NCBI GenBank assembly: GCA_977020255.1
Contig: CDROCS010000253.1
Location: forward strand, 1,364,001-1,428,000
From: Obrimoposthia wandeli
Taxonomy: Eukaryota
Direction: 5' to 3'
Length of the DNA: 64,000 nucleotides
Part shown: positions 51,278 to 61,610 of the stretch, piece after piece
Numbering within the stretch: position 1 is the stretch's first letter
Layout of the letters: each line of letters begins with the position of its first letter
Program-made: the position numbers and the translations under genes
Notes under the pieces: model-generated
Told to the model about the DNA's origin: nothing
Database searches by the model: none
The model's input: the letters and a program-made list of their open reading frames with translations, nothing else

Positions 51278-52558
51278 TTATAAGTAACAAACGTTATTTC
51301 TACCGGCACTTTTAGCTTGATATAAGGCTTTGTCTGCGCGAGAAAATAAGGCATCAAATGCCTTGTCGCTGCAGATAAAGCTTGAAACACCTATGCTTAC
51401 AGAAAGATTTATCTCTCCCTGCCAATCACCAGTAATTTGTAACTTGCTTTGTTCTTCTCTAATACGCTCTGCAAAGGCCATGGCTGATATTGCAGAGGTT
51501 TCAGGTAAAAGAATAGAAAACTCTTCACCACCGATACGCGCTAGAATATCAGTTTGTCTTAAGCTAGCTTTAAGCTGTTTGGCAATCTCTATTAATACTT
51601 GATCACCAGCAGGATGACCAAATTGGTCATTGATACTTTTAAAATAGTCAATATCAATGGAGATAAGTGTCATCGACAATGAGTAGCGTTTGGCGCGTTG
51701 ATACTCTTTTTCAGCCTGCTCAGTGAAGAAGCGTCGATTATATAAATTGGTTAAGGGGTCTGTATTGGCAAGTTGCTTAAATTCTTCTTTAAGTTTGAAC
51801 AATTCGGTCACGTCAGTTGAAAAGCCAATTAACGCGGGCAATTTATCAGGCTGATTAAAAGGGACCTTAGTGCTGATGTAATGATAGGTATCACCATTTT
51901 CACAATGAGTAGTTTCTTCGATGACTTGTTTTTGATTTGTTTCAAAAACCTGCTTATCTGATTGATAAAAATGCTCGGCAATTTTTTTTGGTAAAATATC
52001 GGTATCTTTTTTACCAATGATATTCTCGGCCTTATCGCCAAATAACTCGGCAACGCGATTATTTACGTATAAAAAGGTACGTTCACAGTCTTTGACATAA
52101 ATATGTGCATCTATGTTGTTAAGCATGGTCTCAAGTAAATAACTTTGCTCATTCACTTGTTCTTGTAATTTTTTTTCTATCGTAATATCTGTTGATATAC
52201 CGCACATACCATCAACGATACCATCACTGTTATAAAGTGGCTTTTTGACCACTTTAAAAGTGCGAGTTTCACTTTTGGCTTTGATAAAGTTTTTTTCTTC
52301 ACTTTCAATTCTGATAGCTTGGTCCATCACTATGCGATCATTTATTTGCAATTGCTTAGAAAGGGCTAAATCAAAAAAATGGCTATCATCAAAGCCAACA
52401 ACTTCAGCCAAGTTTCTTTCAAATAAGTCCAAAACTGCTTGATTTGCATAAGTATATTTACCCAATAAGTTTTTGGTATAAATAAAGGAATCTATACTAT
52501 CCAATACTTGATGTTTTATACTATCAAAGGCGGCAACTGTCTTTTTTTCTTTGCTCAA
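51278..52558 (-). CDS. PAS-PAS-GGDEF diguanylate cyclase
   Basis: Two PAS/PAC units; RQTD I-site and GGEEF A-site. Confidence 0.93.
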   Translation of the reverse strand: MSKEKKTVAAFDSIKHQVLDSIDSFIYTKNLLGKYTYANQAVLDLFERNLAEVVGFDDSHFFDLALSKQLQINDRIVMDQAIRIESEEKNFIKAKSETRTFKVVKKPLYNSDGIVDGMCGISTDITIEKKLQEQVNEQSYLLETMLNNIDAHIYVKDCERTFLYVNNRVAELFGDKAENIIGKKDTDILPKKIAEHFYQSDKQVFETNQKQVIEETTHCENGDTYHYISTKVPFNQPDKLPALIGFSTDVTELFKLKEEFKQLANTDPLTNLYNRRFFTEQAEKEYQRAKRYSLSMTLISIDIDYFKSINDQFGHPAGDQVLIEIAKQLKASLRQTDILARIGGEEFSILLPETSAISAMAFAERIREEQSKLQITGDWQGEINLSVSIGVSSFICSDKAFDALFSRADKALYQAKSAGRNNVCYL

Positions 52559-52893
52559 AATATTCGCCTTAGATGAGAGTTGGAATTAAATCACTATCAA
52601 AATAACTACATTGTTAACTTACATATTAGCACATTGTGATAAGTAGCAAATGATCTATCATTGTATAAAATAAGAAAAATACAAAGAAAAAAGAGAAATT
52701 TATGATCTTTGAAAAGGGTAGTACAGTTATAATATATTGGAGATCGTCTTATAACATAGCCTTTTCGTAAGACAATTTTCGTGTACAAAAAAGGACAAGT
52801 TAATTATTCACAAACATTGTTGTTTTCAATCCCAAAAGCTAGCGATTGTTCAATAGAGCCCCTCTTTTGATTCAAAGCGTAGATTGAAATAAT

Positions 52894-52923
52894 AAAAAAG
52901 GCACTTATTAAAGTACCTTTTTT
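52894..52923 (-). terminator. metJ terminator
   Basis: Stem with one G-U pair and a T6 tail on the minus strand. Confidence 0.7.
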
Positions 52924-52948
52924 GGCGTGCTTAAGTCAATGTTGAACG

Positions 52949-53278
52949 TTATTCATCTTCAATTTCGTAAGCACTAAAATCAGTAATCCCTTTTGCTTCG
53001 AGCAAGCGTCTGACACTGGCAGGTAACTTTTCATTATTATCTTTTGCTAAATCTTCATCGTCAGGCAAAGGCTGTCCGGTAAAGGCATGTAAGAACGCTT
53101 CACATAACAATTCACTATTGGTAGCATGGCGAAGGTTATTTACTTGGCGTCTGGTGCGTTCATCGGTCAAAACTTTTAAGACGCGCAAAGGAATAGAAAC
53201 GGTAATTTTCTTTACTTGCTCGCTCTTTTTACCGTGTTCGGCATAGGGATTTATATACTCGTCATTCCACTGAGCCAT
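52949..53278 (-). CDS. metJ: Met repressor MetJ
   Basis: [48 protein letters not shown]. Confidence 0.99.
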   Translation of the reverse strand: MAQWNDEYINPYAEHGKKSEQVKKITVSIPLRVLKVLTDERTRRQVNNLRHATNSELLCEAFLHAFTGQPLPDDEDLAKDNNEKLPASVRRLLEAKGITDFSAYEIEDE

Positions 53279-53357
53279 CGATATTCCTCTGTTTTGTTAT
53301 AACGTATTCTATATTGTAATAATGTAGATTTTACCTGTTGCAAAAAACCAGTCAAGT

Positions 53358-53437
53358 AGAAGTTTAGAAGTCTAAAATTACTTGACCCAATTAATGAAAG
53401 TGTTTAGAGTTATAGACGTCCAAACATCTAAACGCTA
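53358..53437. promoter_or_regulatory. Met boxes and the metB sigma70 promoter
   Basis: AGAAGTTT-AGAAGTCT (53358-53373), AGACGTCC-AAACATCT-AAACGCTA (53414-53437); TTGACC-17-TAGAGT (53382-53410). Confidence 0.85.
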
Positions 53438-53500
53438 ATGTTGCTATATATCGGCGCTATTACTGATAAAACATGCGAACAAACACTGCGTTTGAGTATC

Positions 53501-53560
53501 GATACCCATAACCATTCAAAGTGCACTCTGAAACATGTATCTTGATTGGTAACGGGTATA
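53501..53560. mobile_element. Minimal 60-bp ERIC-like MITE (TIRs only) in the metB leader
   Basis: GATACCCATAACCATTCAAAGTGCA ... TCTTGATTGGTAACGGGTATA. Confidence 0.75.
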
Positions 53561-53583
53561 ACTTAATTAATGGAGAGAACTAA

Positions 53584-54753
53584 ATGTCGATTACTAACAA
53601 AGGTAATATTACCACTTTGGCAGTAAGAGCCGGTATTAATGCCGACCAGCAGCATGGCGCTGTGGTTGCTCCTATCTACTTATCCAGTACGTATTCGTTG
53701 AAGAGTTTTAATAATAAACGTCAATTTGATTATTCTCGCACGGGTAATCCAACGCGAGCCACTTTTGCTGAAGTTATTGCAAATTTAGAGCAAGGCAGTG
53801 TTGGTATTGTGACGAGTACAGGCATGGCAGCGGTACATTTAATTTGTCAGCTATTATCAACTGAAGATACGGTCGTTATTCCACATGATTGTTATGGTGG
53901 TAGTTTTAGATTATTTACCCATTTAGCTAAGCGTGGTTTATTCAAACTTATTGTTGTTGATCAAAATGATCAACAAGCGCTGGATAATGCGTTAGCACAT
54001 AAGCCAAAATTAGTGTTACTTGAGAGCCCAAGTAATCCCTTATTACGTTTGGTTGATATTGAAGAAGTAACCAAAGCATGTCACGCCGTTGGTGCATTAG
54101 TCGCAGTCGATAACACTTTCTTATCGCCAGCGCTGCAACAACCTTTAACGCTAGGTGCTGATATTGTTTTTCACTCCACCACTAAATACATTAATGGTCA
54201 TAGTGATGTTGTCGGCGGTGTTGTCGTTGCTAAAACGGCAGAATTAGGTGAAACGTTAGCATGGTGGGCAAATTGTATTGGTATTACCGGTAGTGCTTTT
54301 GATAGTTTCTTAGCGCTACGTGGTTTAAAGACTTTACCTGTACGAATGAAGCAACATCAAGAGAATGCATTACAAGTCGCCGATTATTTGAAAGATCACG
54401 ATGCTATTGATGCCGTATATTTCCCAGGTTTCCCTGAACACAAGGGTCATCACATTGCTAAAAAACAACAGTTTGGCTTTGGTGCTATGTTAAGTTTTGA
54501 AGTTAAAGGTGGCGTTGAAGCAGTTAAAAAGTTATTTGATAACCTTGAATTGTTTACCTTGGCACAATCATTAGGTGGTGTTGAGAGTCTTATCAGTCAC
54601 CCTTCAACGATGACGCATGCAGGTATGAGCATAGCGGATCAATTAGAGGCCGGAATTACTCAGTCTTTAGTGCGGATATCTGTCGGCATTGAAGATATTG
54701 ATGATATATTAGCCGATTTGGCGCATGGTTTAACGCAAAGCCAACAGCAATAA
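53584..54753 (+). CDS. metB: Cystathionine gamma-synthase
   Basis: YSRTGNPTR, ESPSNP, HSTTKYINGHSD (PLP lysine). Confidence 0.96.
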   Translation: MSITNKGNITTLAVRAGINADQQHGAVVAPIYLSSTYSLKSFNNKRQFDYSRTGNPTRATFAEVIANLEQGSVGIVTSTGMAAVHLICQLLSTEDTVVIPHDCYGGSFRLFTHLAKRGLFKLIVVDQNDQQALDNALAHKPKLVLLESPSNPLLRLVDIEEVTKACHAVGALVAVDNTFLSPALQQPLTLGADIVFHSTTKYINGHSDVVGGVVVAKTAELGETLAWWANCIGITGSAFDSFLALRGLKTLPVRMKQHQENALQVADYLKDHDAIDAVYFPGFPEHKGHHIAKKQQFGFGAMLSFEVKGGVEAVKKLFDNLELFTLAQSLGGVESLISHPSTMTHAGMSIADQLEAGITQSLVRISVGIEDIDDILADLAHGLTQSQQQ

Positions 54754-54852
54754 CCAAATGAATTAAGTCTCACTAGGCGATCAGTAAATTAGTCCGATTG
54801 GTATTAAAACAAACAATTGTCAAAATGATTTTGCAATTGAGCAGGCAGATAG

Positions 54853-57399
54853 ATGAAACAAGAAGATATTATTTTAAAGAAGGTTAATAAAAATAAAGCC
54901 GTGCGCAGCAACGAGATTGTAGAGCATGATTTTGTTACTGAAGTAACTGCAGAAAATAAATTAGCTAAACATGCTATTCAAGTACACAAATTTGGTGGTA
55001 GTTCATTAGCAACGCCCAAATGCATTAAACGTGCGCTTGAAATAATCCGTGAGAATTGTCAGCTAAACGATATTGTTGTGGTCTCAGCCAATGGTAAAAC
55101 TACTGACAGTTTATTCGCACTCTATTCTTTGGTCGAGCGTACCATCGCTGAACAAGCATCACAAACAAGTGGTGAATTAACGCAAGCGGTTGATGATTTA
55201 GCACAAGCGCAAGCGCAACTGATTACTGAATTATTAAATACAAATAATACTAAGCAATTATTACTGCTACTGAATAAAGACATTGAGCAATTAACTACTT
55301 GGTTAACCGCTGATATTGTTCAGCATCATAATGATATTTTAGCCTTCGGTGAAGTATGGTCAGCAAGATTGTTGTCAGCGTTACTTAATGAGCAAGTTTG
55401 TCCAAGTAATAGTATTGATTCTCGTGATTTTCTTGTTATTGATAATGAACAAAGTTGCGTGGTTGATACCGCGATAAGTGCTGTGCAATTAAGACAACGA
55501 CGTCAGTTTGGTAAATTGGCGGTAATTACCGGTTATATTAGTAAAGATACTCGTGGTAAAAGCTGCACTTTAGGCCGCAACGGTAGTGATTACTCGGCCA
55601 CTATCATCGCTTCTTTAGTTGCTGCAGGTAATGTTACTTTATGGACAGATGTTGATGGTATTTATAGTGCCGACCCTCGTGTTGTACCTAGTGCTAGAAA
55701 ACTACACCGTTTACCCAATGGTGTCGCAAAAGAGTTAGGTCGTTTAGGTAATCCTGTTTTACATGCTAAAACCTTATTGCCATTGATCAACCCATTAAGT
55801 GAACATCACACCCATTTACATGTTGCTAGTAGTTTTGATGCACAAGTCATCGGCACTGAAATTGGTAAATTTGGCCAGATTGCCAAGCAAGAGTTATCAG
55901 TAACTTACCTTAATGATTTATTGTTAGCGCAATCGGTGAGCTTTATAGGAGAAGCTGCGGCTAAGGCGAAAGCTGAGTTTTCGCCTATTTGTATGGATGA
56001 CCAAAAAGGCTTTATGGTTATCACTCAAGGGAAACAAAAAGCCTTGAGTCATTGGCTGGCGAGTCATGATGTTGAAATTAGCTTTAAGCCAGTGGCAATT
56101 ATCGCAACGGTTGGTCATCGCGTCGCTGAACGTGGTGATATTAGAGCACGCTTTAAGCGCTCATTAAAAACGGCTAAGCCATTGAATTTAGTTGGTAGTG
56201 ATAATAACCATAGCGTTATCGCTATTTTACCAGATGCTTGTTCAATTGAACTATTAAATACAGTGCATCATGAGATGACTAAGGATGCCCGTCATATTGG
56301 TTTAGTTGTTGCGGGTATGGGCAATATAGGTGAGCGTTTTTTAGAATTATTACCAGCGCAACTTAATAAAATCTACGCCTTAGAGAACTTGCACTTAGTT
56401 GGTTTGCTTTCATCGAAAAAGGCATTAATTAACAATGATGGTATCGATGTTAATCAAGCATCATCATTGTTTGCCCAAGAAGCTCAAAGCTATGATAGTG
56501 AAAAGCTCATTTCTTGGCTGACGCAAAATCCATACGATGAGCTTATTGTTGTAGATATCACACCGAGTGAAGATTTTAGCTTGTTATATGAACAGATTTT
56601 TGCTTTAGGTATTCATGTAATAGGCGCTAATAAATGGGCTGCTTCAAGCAGCACTGCTCATTATAATAATTTAGTAAATACCGCGGATAGTAATAACTGT
56701 TTATGGTTAGGAAATACCACTGTTGGTGCTGGCTTACCGATCAACTATGCTATTGATGACTTACGCCAAAGTGGTGATAGCATTAGCGAGTTATCAGGTG
56801 TTTTTTCAGGTACGCTTTCTTGGTTATTTGAAACCTATGATGGCAGTTCAAAATTTTCAGCGCTGTTATTAAATGCCCTAGCACAAGGTATTACAGAGCC
56901 AGATCCTCGCGAAGATTTATCTGGTCGAGATGTTCAGCGTAAATTATTAATTTTAGCGCGCAAAGCGGGTTTTGAATTAGCGTTAGAAGACATTGACTGT
57001 CAAAATTTAGTACCAGAAGCATTGCAATCTATATCAACCAATGACTTTTTAGCCAGAGCTAGTGAGTTAGATGAATACTTTGCCACCGCGTTATCTGACG
57101 CAAATGTTAAAGGTGCTTGTATCCGTTATGTTGCACGTTTTCAGCATAATGAAGCAACGGGCATTAGTGCAAAAGTTAGTTTAGAGGTCTTGCCTAAAAG
57201 TGATGCTTTTGCCAATTTAACCCCCTGTGACAATATTTTTCAAATCAGTAGTCATTGGTACCAAGATAACCCATTAATTATTCGTGGGCCTGGTGCTGGA
57301 CGAGACGTAACGGCTGGCGGTTTACATTCTGATCTCGTTAAAATTTGCCAGCAACTTGCTCACAAACAAAATCAAGTGAAAATAAAGGGCATCAACTAG
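54853..57399 (+). CDS. metL: Bifunctional aspartokinase II / homoserine dehydrogenase II
   Basis: VHKFGGSSLA, LGRNGSDYSA, DVDGIYSADPR, EPDPREDLSG.DV.RKLLILAR; follows metB. Confidence 0.93.
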   Translation: MKQEDIILKKVNKNKAVRSNEIVEHDFVTEVTAENKLAKHAIQVHKFGGSSLATPKCIKRALEIIRENCQLNDIVVVSANGKTTDSLFALYSLVERTIAEQASQTSGELTQAVDDLAQAQAQLITELLNTNNTKQLLLLLNKDIEQLTTWLTADIVQHHNDILAFGEVWSARLLSALLNEQVCPSNSIDSRDFLVIDNEQSCVVDTAISAVQLRQRRQFGKLAVITGYISKDTRGKSCTLGRNGSDYSATIIASLVAAGNVTLWTDVDGIYSADPRVVPSARKLHRLPNGVAKELGRLGNPVLHAKTLLPLINPLSEHHTHLHVASSFDAQVIGTEIGKFGQIAKQELSVTYLNDLLLAQSVSFIGEAAAKAKAEFSPICMDDQKGFMVITQGKQKALSHWLASHDVEISFKPVAIIATVGHRVAERGDIRARFKRSLKTAKPLNLVGSDNNHSVIAILPDACSIELLNTVHHEMTKDARHIGLVVAGMGNIGERFLELLPAQLNKIYALENLHLVGLLSSKKALINNDGIDVNQASSLFAQEAQSYDSEKLISWLTQNPYDELIVVDITPSEDFSLLYEQIFALGIHVIGANKWAASSSTAHYNNLVNTADSNNCLWLGNTTVGAGLPINYAIDDLRQSGDSISELSGVFSGTLSWLFETYDGSSKFSALLLNALAQGITEPDPREDLSGRDVQRKLLILARKAGFELALEDIDCQNLVPEALQSISTNDFLARASELDEYFATALSDANVKGACIRYVARFQHNEATGISAKVSLEVLPKSDAFANLTPCDNIFQISSHWYQDNPLIIRGPGAGRDVTAGGLHSDLVKICQQLAHKQNQVKIKGIN

Positions 57400-57602
57400 G
57401 GACTGCGAGTGCTAAGCATGCAAGATTTAACCGCAAAAGATCAACAGACCCTAGCTATTTTCCCTCAAAAGTAAATTGTTATTGCCTTGATGGACAATGT
57501 TAATGAAATCATTGTGTATCAAGGTGATAGTCCCTGCTCTAACTATTGCTTTTAGTAATAATTCCTAGCATGATAGATATTATTTTTCATTCTAGCGGTG
57601 CA

Positions 57603-58979
57603 ATGGCTAAAGATACCCCTCATCAAACACATTACACACGACAAATCCATCACTTGTTAGCCAAAGTTTACGGACGAAGTGCGGTTAAAGACTCTTTGTT
57701 AGACCGTGCTATCGGGTATTTTGAACAAGAAGAATTTCGTCCTTCAGATGAGCAAACATCCGCGGATGAGTCTCAACTAAAGTTAATGGAACGTACTGCA
57801 CGTTATTCTAGTTTATTGTCTATTTCGCTAACCATTATTGAGCTTGCGGAAGGAGATAATTATGCTGAAAACAACCGGAAATCAGCACAGTTTCTAGGTA
57901 CTATTCAATTATTAAGTCCCACTGAGGGTAAGCGCGTAGCCTCGAGCAACGAGCAAAGTAAATCGATTTATAAAGCAGTATTATGTTTACGATTGCTTGA
58001 CCGTTTAATTATTGATGGTCAGATGCTTGAACCTTACATAAATCAATTTCTAACCGATATATCAGCAGAACAGTATATTGATCTTGCCAAGCATGATGCT
58101 CAAAGGTCTCAACGCTTTGTTGAGCAAGTTAAAATTCCACTTGTTATGGCAGCGTTATTACAAGATATCGGTAATTATCATCCAAAAGCGCAAACGATAC
58201 TTCTTGGTGTTGGTGGTGAATTAGATCCTTTTCGCACCTTAGAAATTAAGCAAAGAAAAGAACTGCTACAAATTAATTATCGTGAAACCATCAAATACTT
58301 AAGTGAGGGTATTGGCATGCCTGCTTTTGTTGGTAACACTAAGGCAAAGCGAGAGCAGTTTATAGTCGATGAACGAGATAAGTTATATTTTATTAAACAG
58401 TTACTTAAAAGTGCAGTTAACCCGAAAAAAACTATTGGTAATGTACTAAAAGTTCCACAAATTTATACCTCGATAATCTTATCTACCAAAGCTAGTTACA
58501 ACTACAAATTATTACCGAAAGTTTTTCAGGTATTAAATAAAAATGCAGAGCTTGGTGCTTGTGCACAAGCTGTCGTTGATGCTTTATATACAATCACTGG
58601 CATGTTCCCCCAAGGTTTTGGTGTAGTTTATATGCCACTAGGCGAATTTGGGGAGCAAGGGGACTGTTATGAATATGCCATTGTAAATAACCTTTATCCC
58701 AAAAAGCTTGAACAGCCTAATTGTCGAATGGCTACCCGACAACTAACGTTCATTGGTTATGGCCAAAATAATATTGTTACAAACGCTAGTAATTTATATT
58801 TCATTCAAACGGCAAAGAAACTAGCAACTTTGAGTAAAGAGCGTTTGAATGAAATATTAGAGTTATTAAGTTCCAACTCTCAAGAAAGAAAACAACTCGA
58901 TTTATTACCCCGTTGTTGGCATGCCAATGAGTTTTTCTCAATCAAGGCCAATCAGAATCTTTGGAATAGAATTGAGTAA
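57603..58979 (+). CDS. Hypothetical protein with a degenerate HD-like domain (start moved to ATG at 57603)
   Basis: MAALLQDIG in place of A.LLHDIG; otherwise helical, no recognised family. Confidence 0.65.
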   Translation: MAKDTPHQTHYTRQIHHLLAKVYGRSAVKDSLLDRAIGYFEQEEFRPSDEQTSADESQLKLMERTARYSSLLSISLTIIELAEGDNYAENNRKSAQFLGTIQLLSPTEGKRVASSNEQSKSIYKAVLCLRLLDRLIIDGQMLEPYINQFLTDISAEQYIDLAKHDAQRSQRFVEQVKIPLVMAALLQDIGNYHPKAQTILLGVGGELDPFRTLEIKQRKELLQINYRETIKYLSEGIGMPAFVGNTKAKREQFIVDERDKLYFIKQLLKSAVNPKKTIGNVLKVPQIYTSIILSTKASYNYKLLPKVFQVLNKNAELGACAQAVVDALYTITGMFPQGFGVVYMPLGEFGEQGDCYEYAIVNNLYPKKLEQPNCRMATRQLTFIGYGQNNIVTNASNLYFIQTAKKLATLSKERLNEILELLSSNSQERKQLDLLPRCWHANEFFSIKANQNLWNRIE

Positions 58980-58988
58980 TAGCATGTC

Positions 58989-59115
58989 TATGCCCGTTCC
59001 ACTTGAAGATGCTTGTTTTAGGGAACCGGAGCGAATCATAATAAAGGCACATTTTTTGTTAATAGTTATTCAGGAGCGTATTCTCCTGAATAACTATTCT
59101 CTTTAATCAATACCT
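58989..59115 (-). mobile_element. Rearranged partial ERIC-like MITE, subfamily A, with part of the nested module
   Basis: Reverse complement of the 33700-33752 end, then palindrome AATAGTTATTCAGGAG-cgtatt-CTCCTGAATAACTATT. Confidence 0.8.
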
Positions 59116-59226
59116 GCATTATTCATGGCGTATTACTACTTATGCTGTATTCATTTTGTTTATGGTATCGGCCGTTAAAGTTAATCACCCCGACTTTATT
59201 TGGTTGAAATACTTTAGTAGAGTTCA

Positions 59227-60375
59227 CTATAAACAATAATGCTGGATCATTTTTGTTAGTAATTTCTCGGTTTTATCAATTTCGCTATGCGCTAAAAACT
59301 CATTAGGCTGATGCGCTTGATCGATAGAACCAGGGCCAAGCACTATGGTTTGACAGCCTAGTTGTTGAATATAAGGTGCTTCCGTGGCGTAATTAACGGC
59401 ACAACAACTATGACCACTAATTTCTTCTGCAATATCTATCAGTGTGCTGGGTTTTTTTTGTTCAAAGCTTGGTGAGCTTGGATGCATTTCTGCAAAGCTA
59501 ATTCTACCAGGGTAAAGTCCAGCCAAAGGTTTTAAGGCTTCACTTAGCCAATTAATTAATTCATCATCACTCATGCCTGGCAGAGAACGTAAATCAATAT
59601 CTAAATGACAATGACCACAAATCCTATTAGCATTATCCCCACCAGAAATAGCCCCTAAGTTTAAAGTAGGCGCAGGAACATCAAACGCTTGGTTTTTGTA
59701 ATTGAGATAAAATTTTTCTTTTAGCTCTATTAGCTGACCAATAACTTTATGCATAATCTCTATGGCATTAACACCAAGATTTGGTTTACTTGAATGGCCC
59801 GATTTACCTTCGACACTAATACGGTGTGACATATGCCCTTTATGCATCACCACAGGCACTAAATTGGTTGGTTCACCAATAATGGCTACATCAGGTTTTA
59901 TCGTTTGGCTTTTAGCAAAAAAACGTGCGCCAGCCATAGTAGTTTCTTCATCAGCGGTGGCAAGAATATACAACGGCTTTTTTAGCTGAGTAGCAGGTAA
60001 ATTTTTACAAACTTGTAAAATAAAAGCGAAGAACCCTTTCATATCACACGTGCCTAAACCAAAAAATTTATTGTCTTGATTAACAACTTTATGAGGGTCC
60101 GATTGCCAGCGATTTTCATCAAAGGGAACCGTGTCACTGTGGCCTGCTAATAACAAACCACCTTCACCAGAGCCTAATTTGGCAAGTAGATTAAACTTAT
60201 TACTCGTATCAGGGACTGCTTGAATTTCAATGCTAAAGCCAAGCTGTTCAAACCAAGTTGCCAATAACTGGATCACTGCTTTATTGCCTTGATCCCAGTT
60301 CGGCTGTGTAGAGCTGATCGAAGGGCAAGCAATTAACTGGCTTAAACTTTGACTAAAATTAGGTAGTAGTGTCAT
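59227..60375 (-). CDS. argE: Acetylornithine deacetylase (start moved to ATG at 60375)
   Basis: GHSDTVPFD, GTCDMKG, ADEE, GEPT, NYATEA, AHQPNE; divergent from argC. Confidence 0.95.
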   Translation of the reverse strand: MTLLPNFSQSLSQLIACPSISSTQPNWDQGNKAVIQLLATWFEQLGFSIEIQAVPDTSNKFNLLAKLGSGEGGLLLAGHSDTVPFDENRWQSDPHKVVNQDNKFFGLGTCDMKGFFAFILQVCKNLPATQLKKPLYILATADEETTMAGARFFAKSQTIKPDVAIIGEPTNLVPVVMHKGHMSHRISVEGKSGHSSKPNLGVNAIEIMHKVIGQLIELKEKFYLNYKNQAFDVPAPTLNLGAISGGDNANRICGHCHLDIDLRSLPGMSDDELINWLSEALKPLAGLYPGRISFAEMHPSSPSFEQKKPSTLIDIAEEISGHSCCAVNYATEAPYIQQLGCQTIVLGPGSIDQAHQPNEFLAHSEIDKTEKLLTKMIQHYCL

Positions 60376-60400
60376 ATAGAACCTATAAGTTGAATATTTA

Positions 60401-60439
60401 CTTAAATAGTTATGCTGTTTAGTTGCATAACTATCCACG
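60401..60439. promoter_or_regulatory. Tandem ARG boxes (ArgR operator) between argE and argC
   Basis: CTTAAATAGTTATGCTGT-3nt-GTTGCATAACTATCCACG. Confidence 0.7.
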
Positions 60440-60496
60440 CAATGTTATTTTATATTACTAGTGTAAATAACATGCTTTCATAAGGCTACTTCAAAA

Positions 60497-61552
60497 ATGA
60501 CAAAGGCTATATCAGATTCGAATAACAGTGTGCAAAAAGTGGCAATTATAGGCGCTAGTGGTTATGCAGGCGCAGAGCTTGTCGGCTTATTATGCAAGCA
60601 CAGCCAAGCACAAATTTGTCATTTAGTTGTCTCTGAAAATAGTAGTTCAGAAGGCAAACTTTTTAGTGAATTACATGGCCGATATCAAGGTGTTTGTGAT
60701 CTACCTTTAGAAGCATTTTCTGCCGCTTGGTTTGATCAATATTCAGCGGAATTAGATGTAGTGTTTTTTGCCACACCTCATGATTTCAGTGCAGATTGGG
60801 CGCAAGCGTTTGTTGACGCAGGCGTTAAAGTTTTTGACCTCTCAGGCGGTTTTAGATTAAAAAATGCTAATGATTACCCGAAATATTATGGTTTTGAACA
60901 CGCTAATATCGATGCGCTAGCTTCAGCTAAGTATGGCTTAGCTGAATGGCAAGAAGATGATATTGCCAGTACAAATTTAGTTGCGGTACCAGGTTGCTAC
61001 CCAACGGCAAGTTTGCTTTGTTTAAAGCCACTTACCAGTAACAATTTAGTGGTAGAAAACTCATTGGTTGTTGTTAATGGTATAAGCGGAGTGAGTGGTG
61101 CAGGAAGAAATGCATCGTTAGCGACTAACTTTAATGAAGTGAGCTTAAAAGCTTATAACGTATTGCAGCACAGGCACCAGCCAGAAATATCACAAGAAGC
61201 AGCAATAGATGTTATATTTAATCCGCATTTAGCGCCTTATACAAGGGGTCTTTTAGCAACGGTAACTTTACAACTTAATGCAGGAGTTACTGATGCTCAA
61301 GTACAGCAGGCTTTTCAACAGGCATATAATGATAAGCCTTTAGTAAGACTGGTAGCGAGTTGGCCAGAAATTGGCAATGTTGCTTATACTCCCTTTGCCG
61401 ACGTGCACTGGAAATTTGATGAAGAAAAGCAAGTTGTGGTGGTGAGTTGTGCCATAGATAACTTACTAAAAGGCGCCGCTTCGCAAGCAGTGCAATGTTT
61501 TAATATTTCACTTGGTTTGGCTAGTGAGTATTCATTAATAAATACTCACTAA
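60497..61552 (+). CDS. argC: N-acetyl-gamma-glutamyl-phosphate reductase
   Basis: IIGASGYAGAEL, VPGCYPTA, IDNLLKGAA. Confidence 0.97.
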   Translation: MTKAISDSNNSVQKVAIIGASGYAGAELVGLLCKHSQAQICHLVVSENSSSEGKLFSELHGRYQGVCDLPLEAFSAAWFDQYSAELDVVFFATPHDFSADWAQAFVDAGVKVFDLSGGFRLKNANDYPKYYGFEHANIDALASAKYGLAEWQEDDIASTNLVAVPGCYPTASLLCLKPLTSNNLVVENSLVVVNGISGVSGAGRNASLATNFNEVSLKAYNVLQHRHQPEISQEAAIDVIFNPHLAPYTRGLLATVTLQLNAGVTDAQVQQAFQQAYNDKPLVRLVASWPEIGNVAYTPFADVHWKFDEEKQVVVVSCAIDNLLKGAASQAVQCFNISLGLASEYSLINTH

Positions 61553-61610
61553 TAAACGTCCATTAATCAGCACATAAAAATTAGCGACAAGACAAAGTTA
61601 AGGAATAGTA

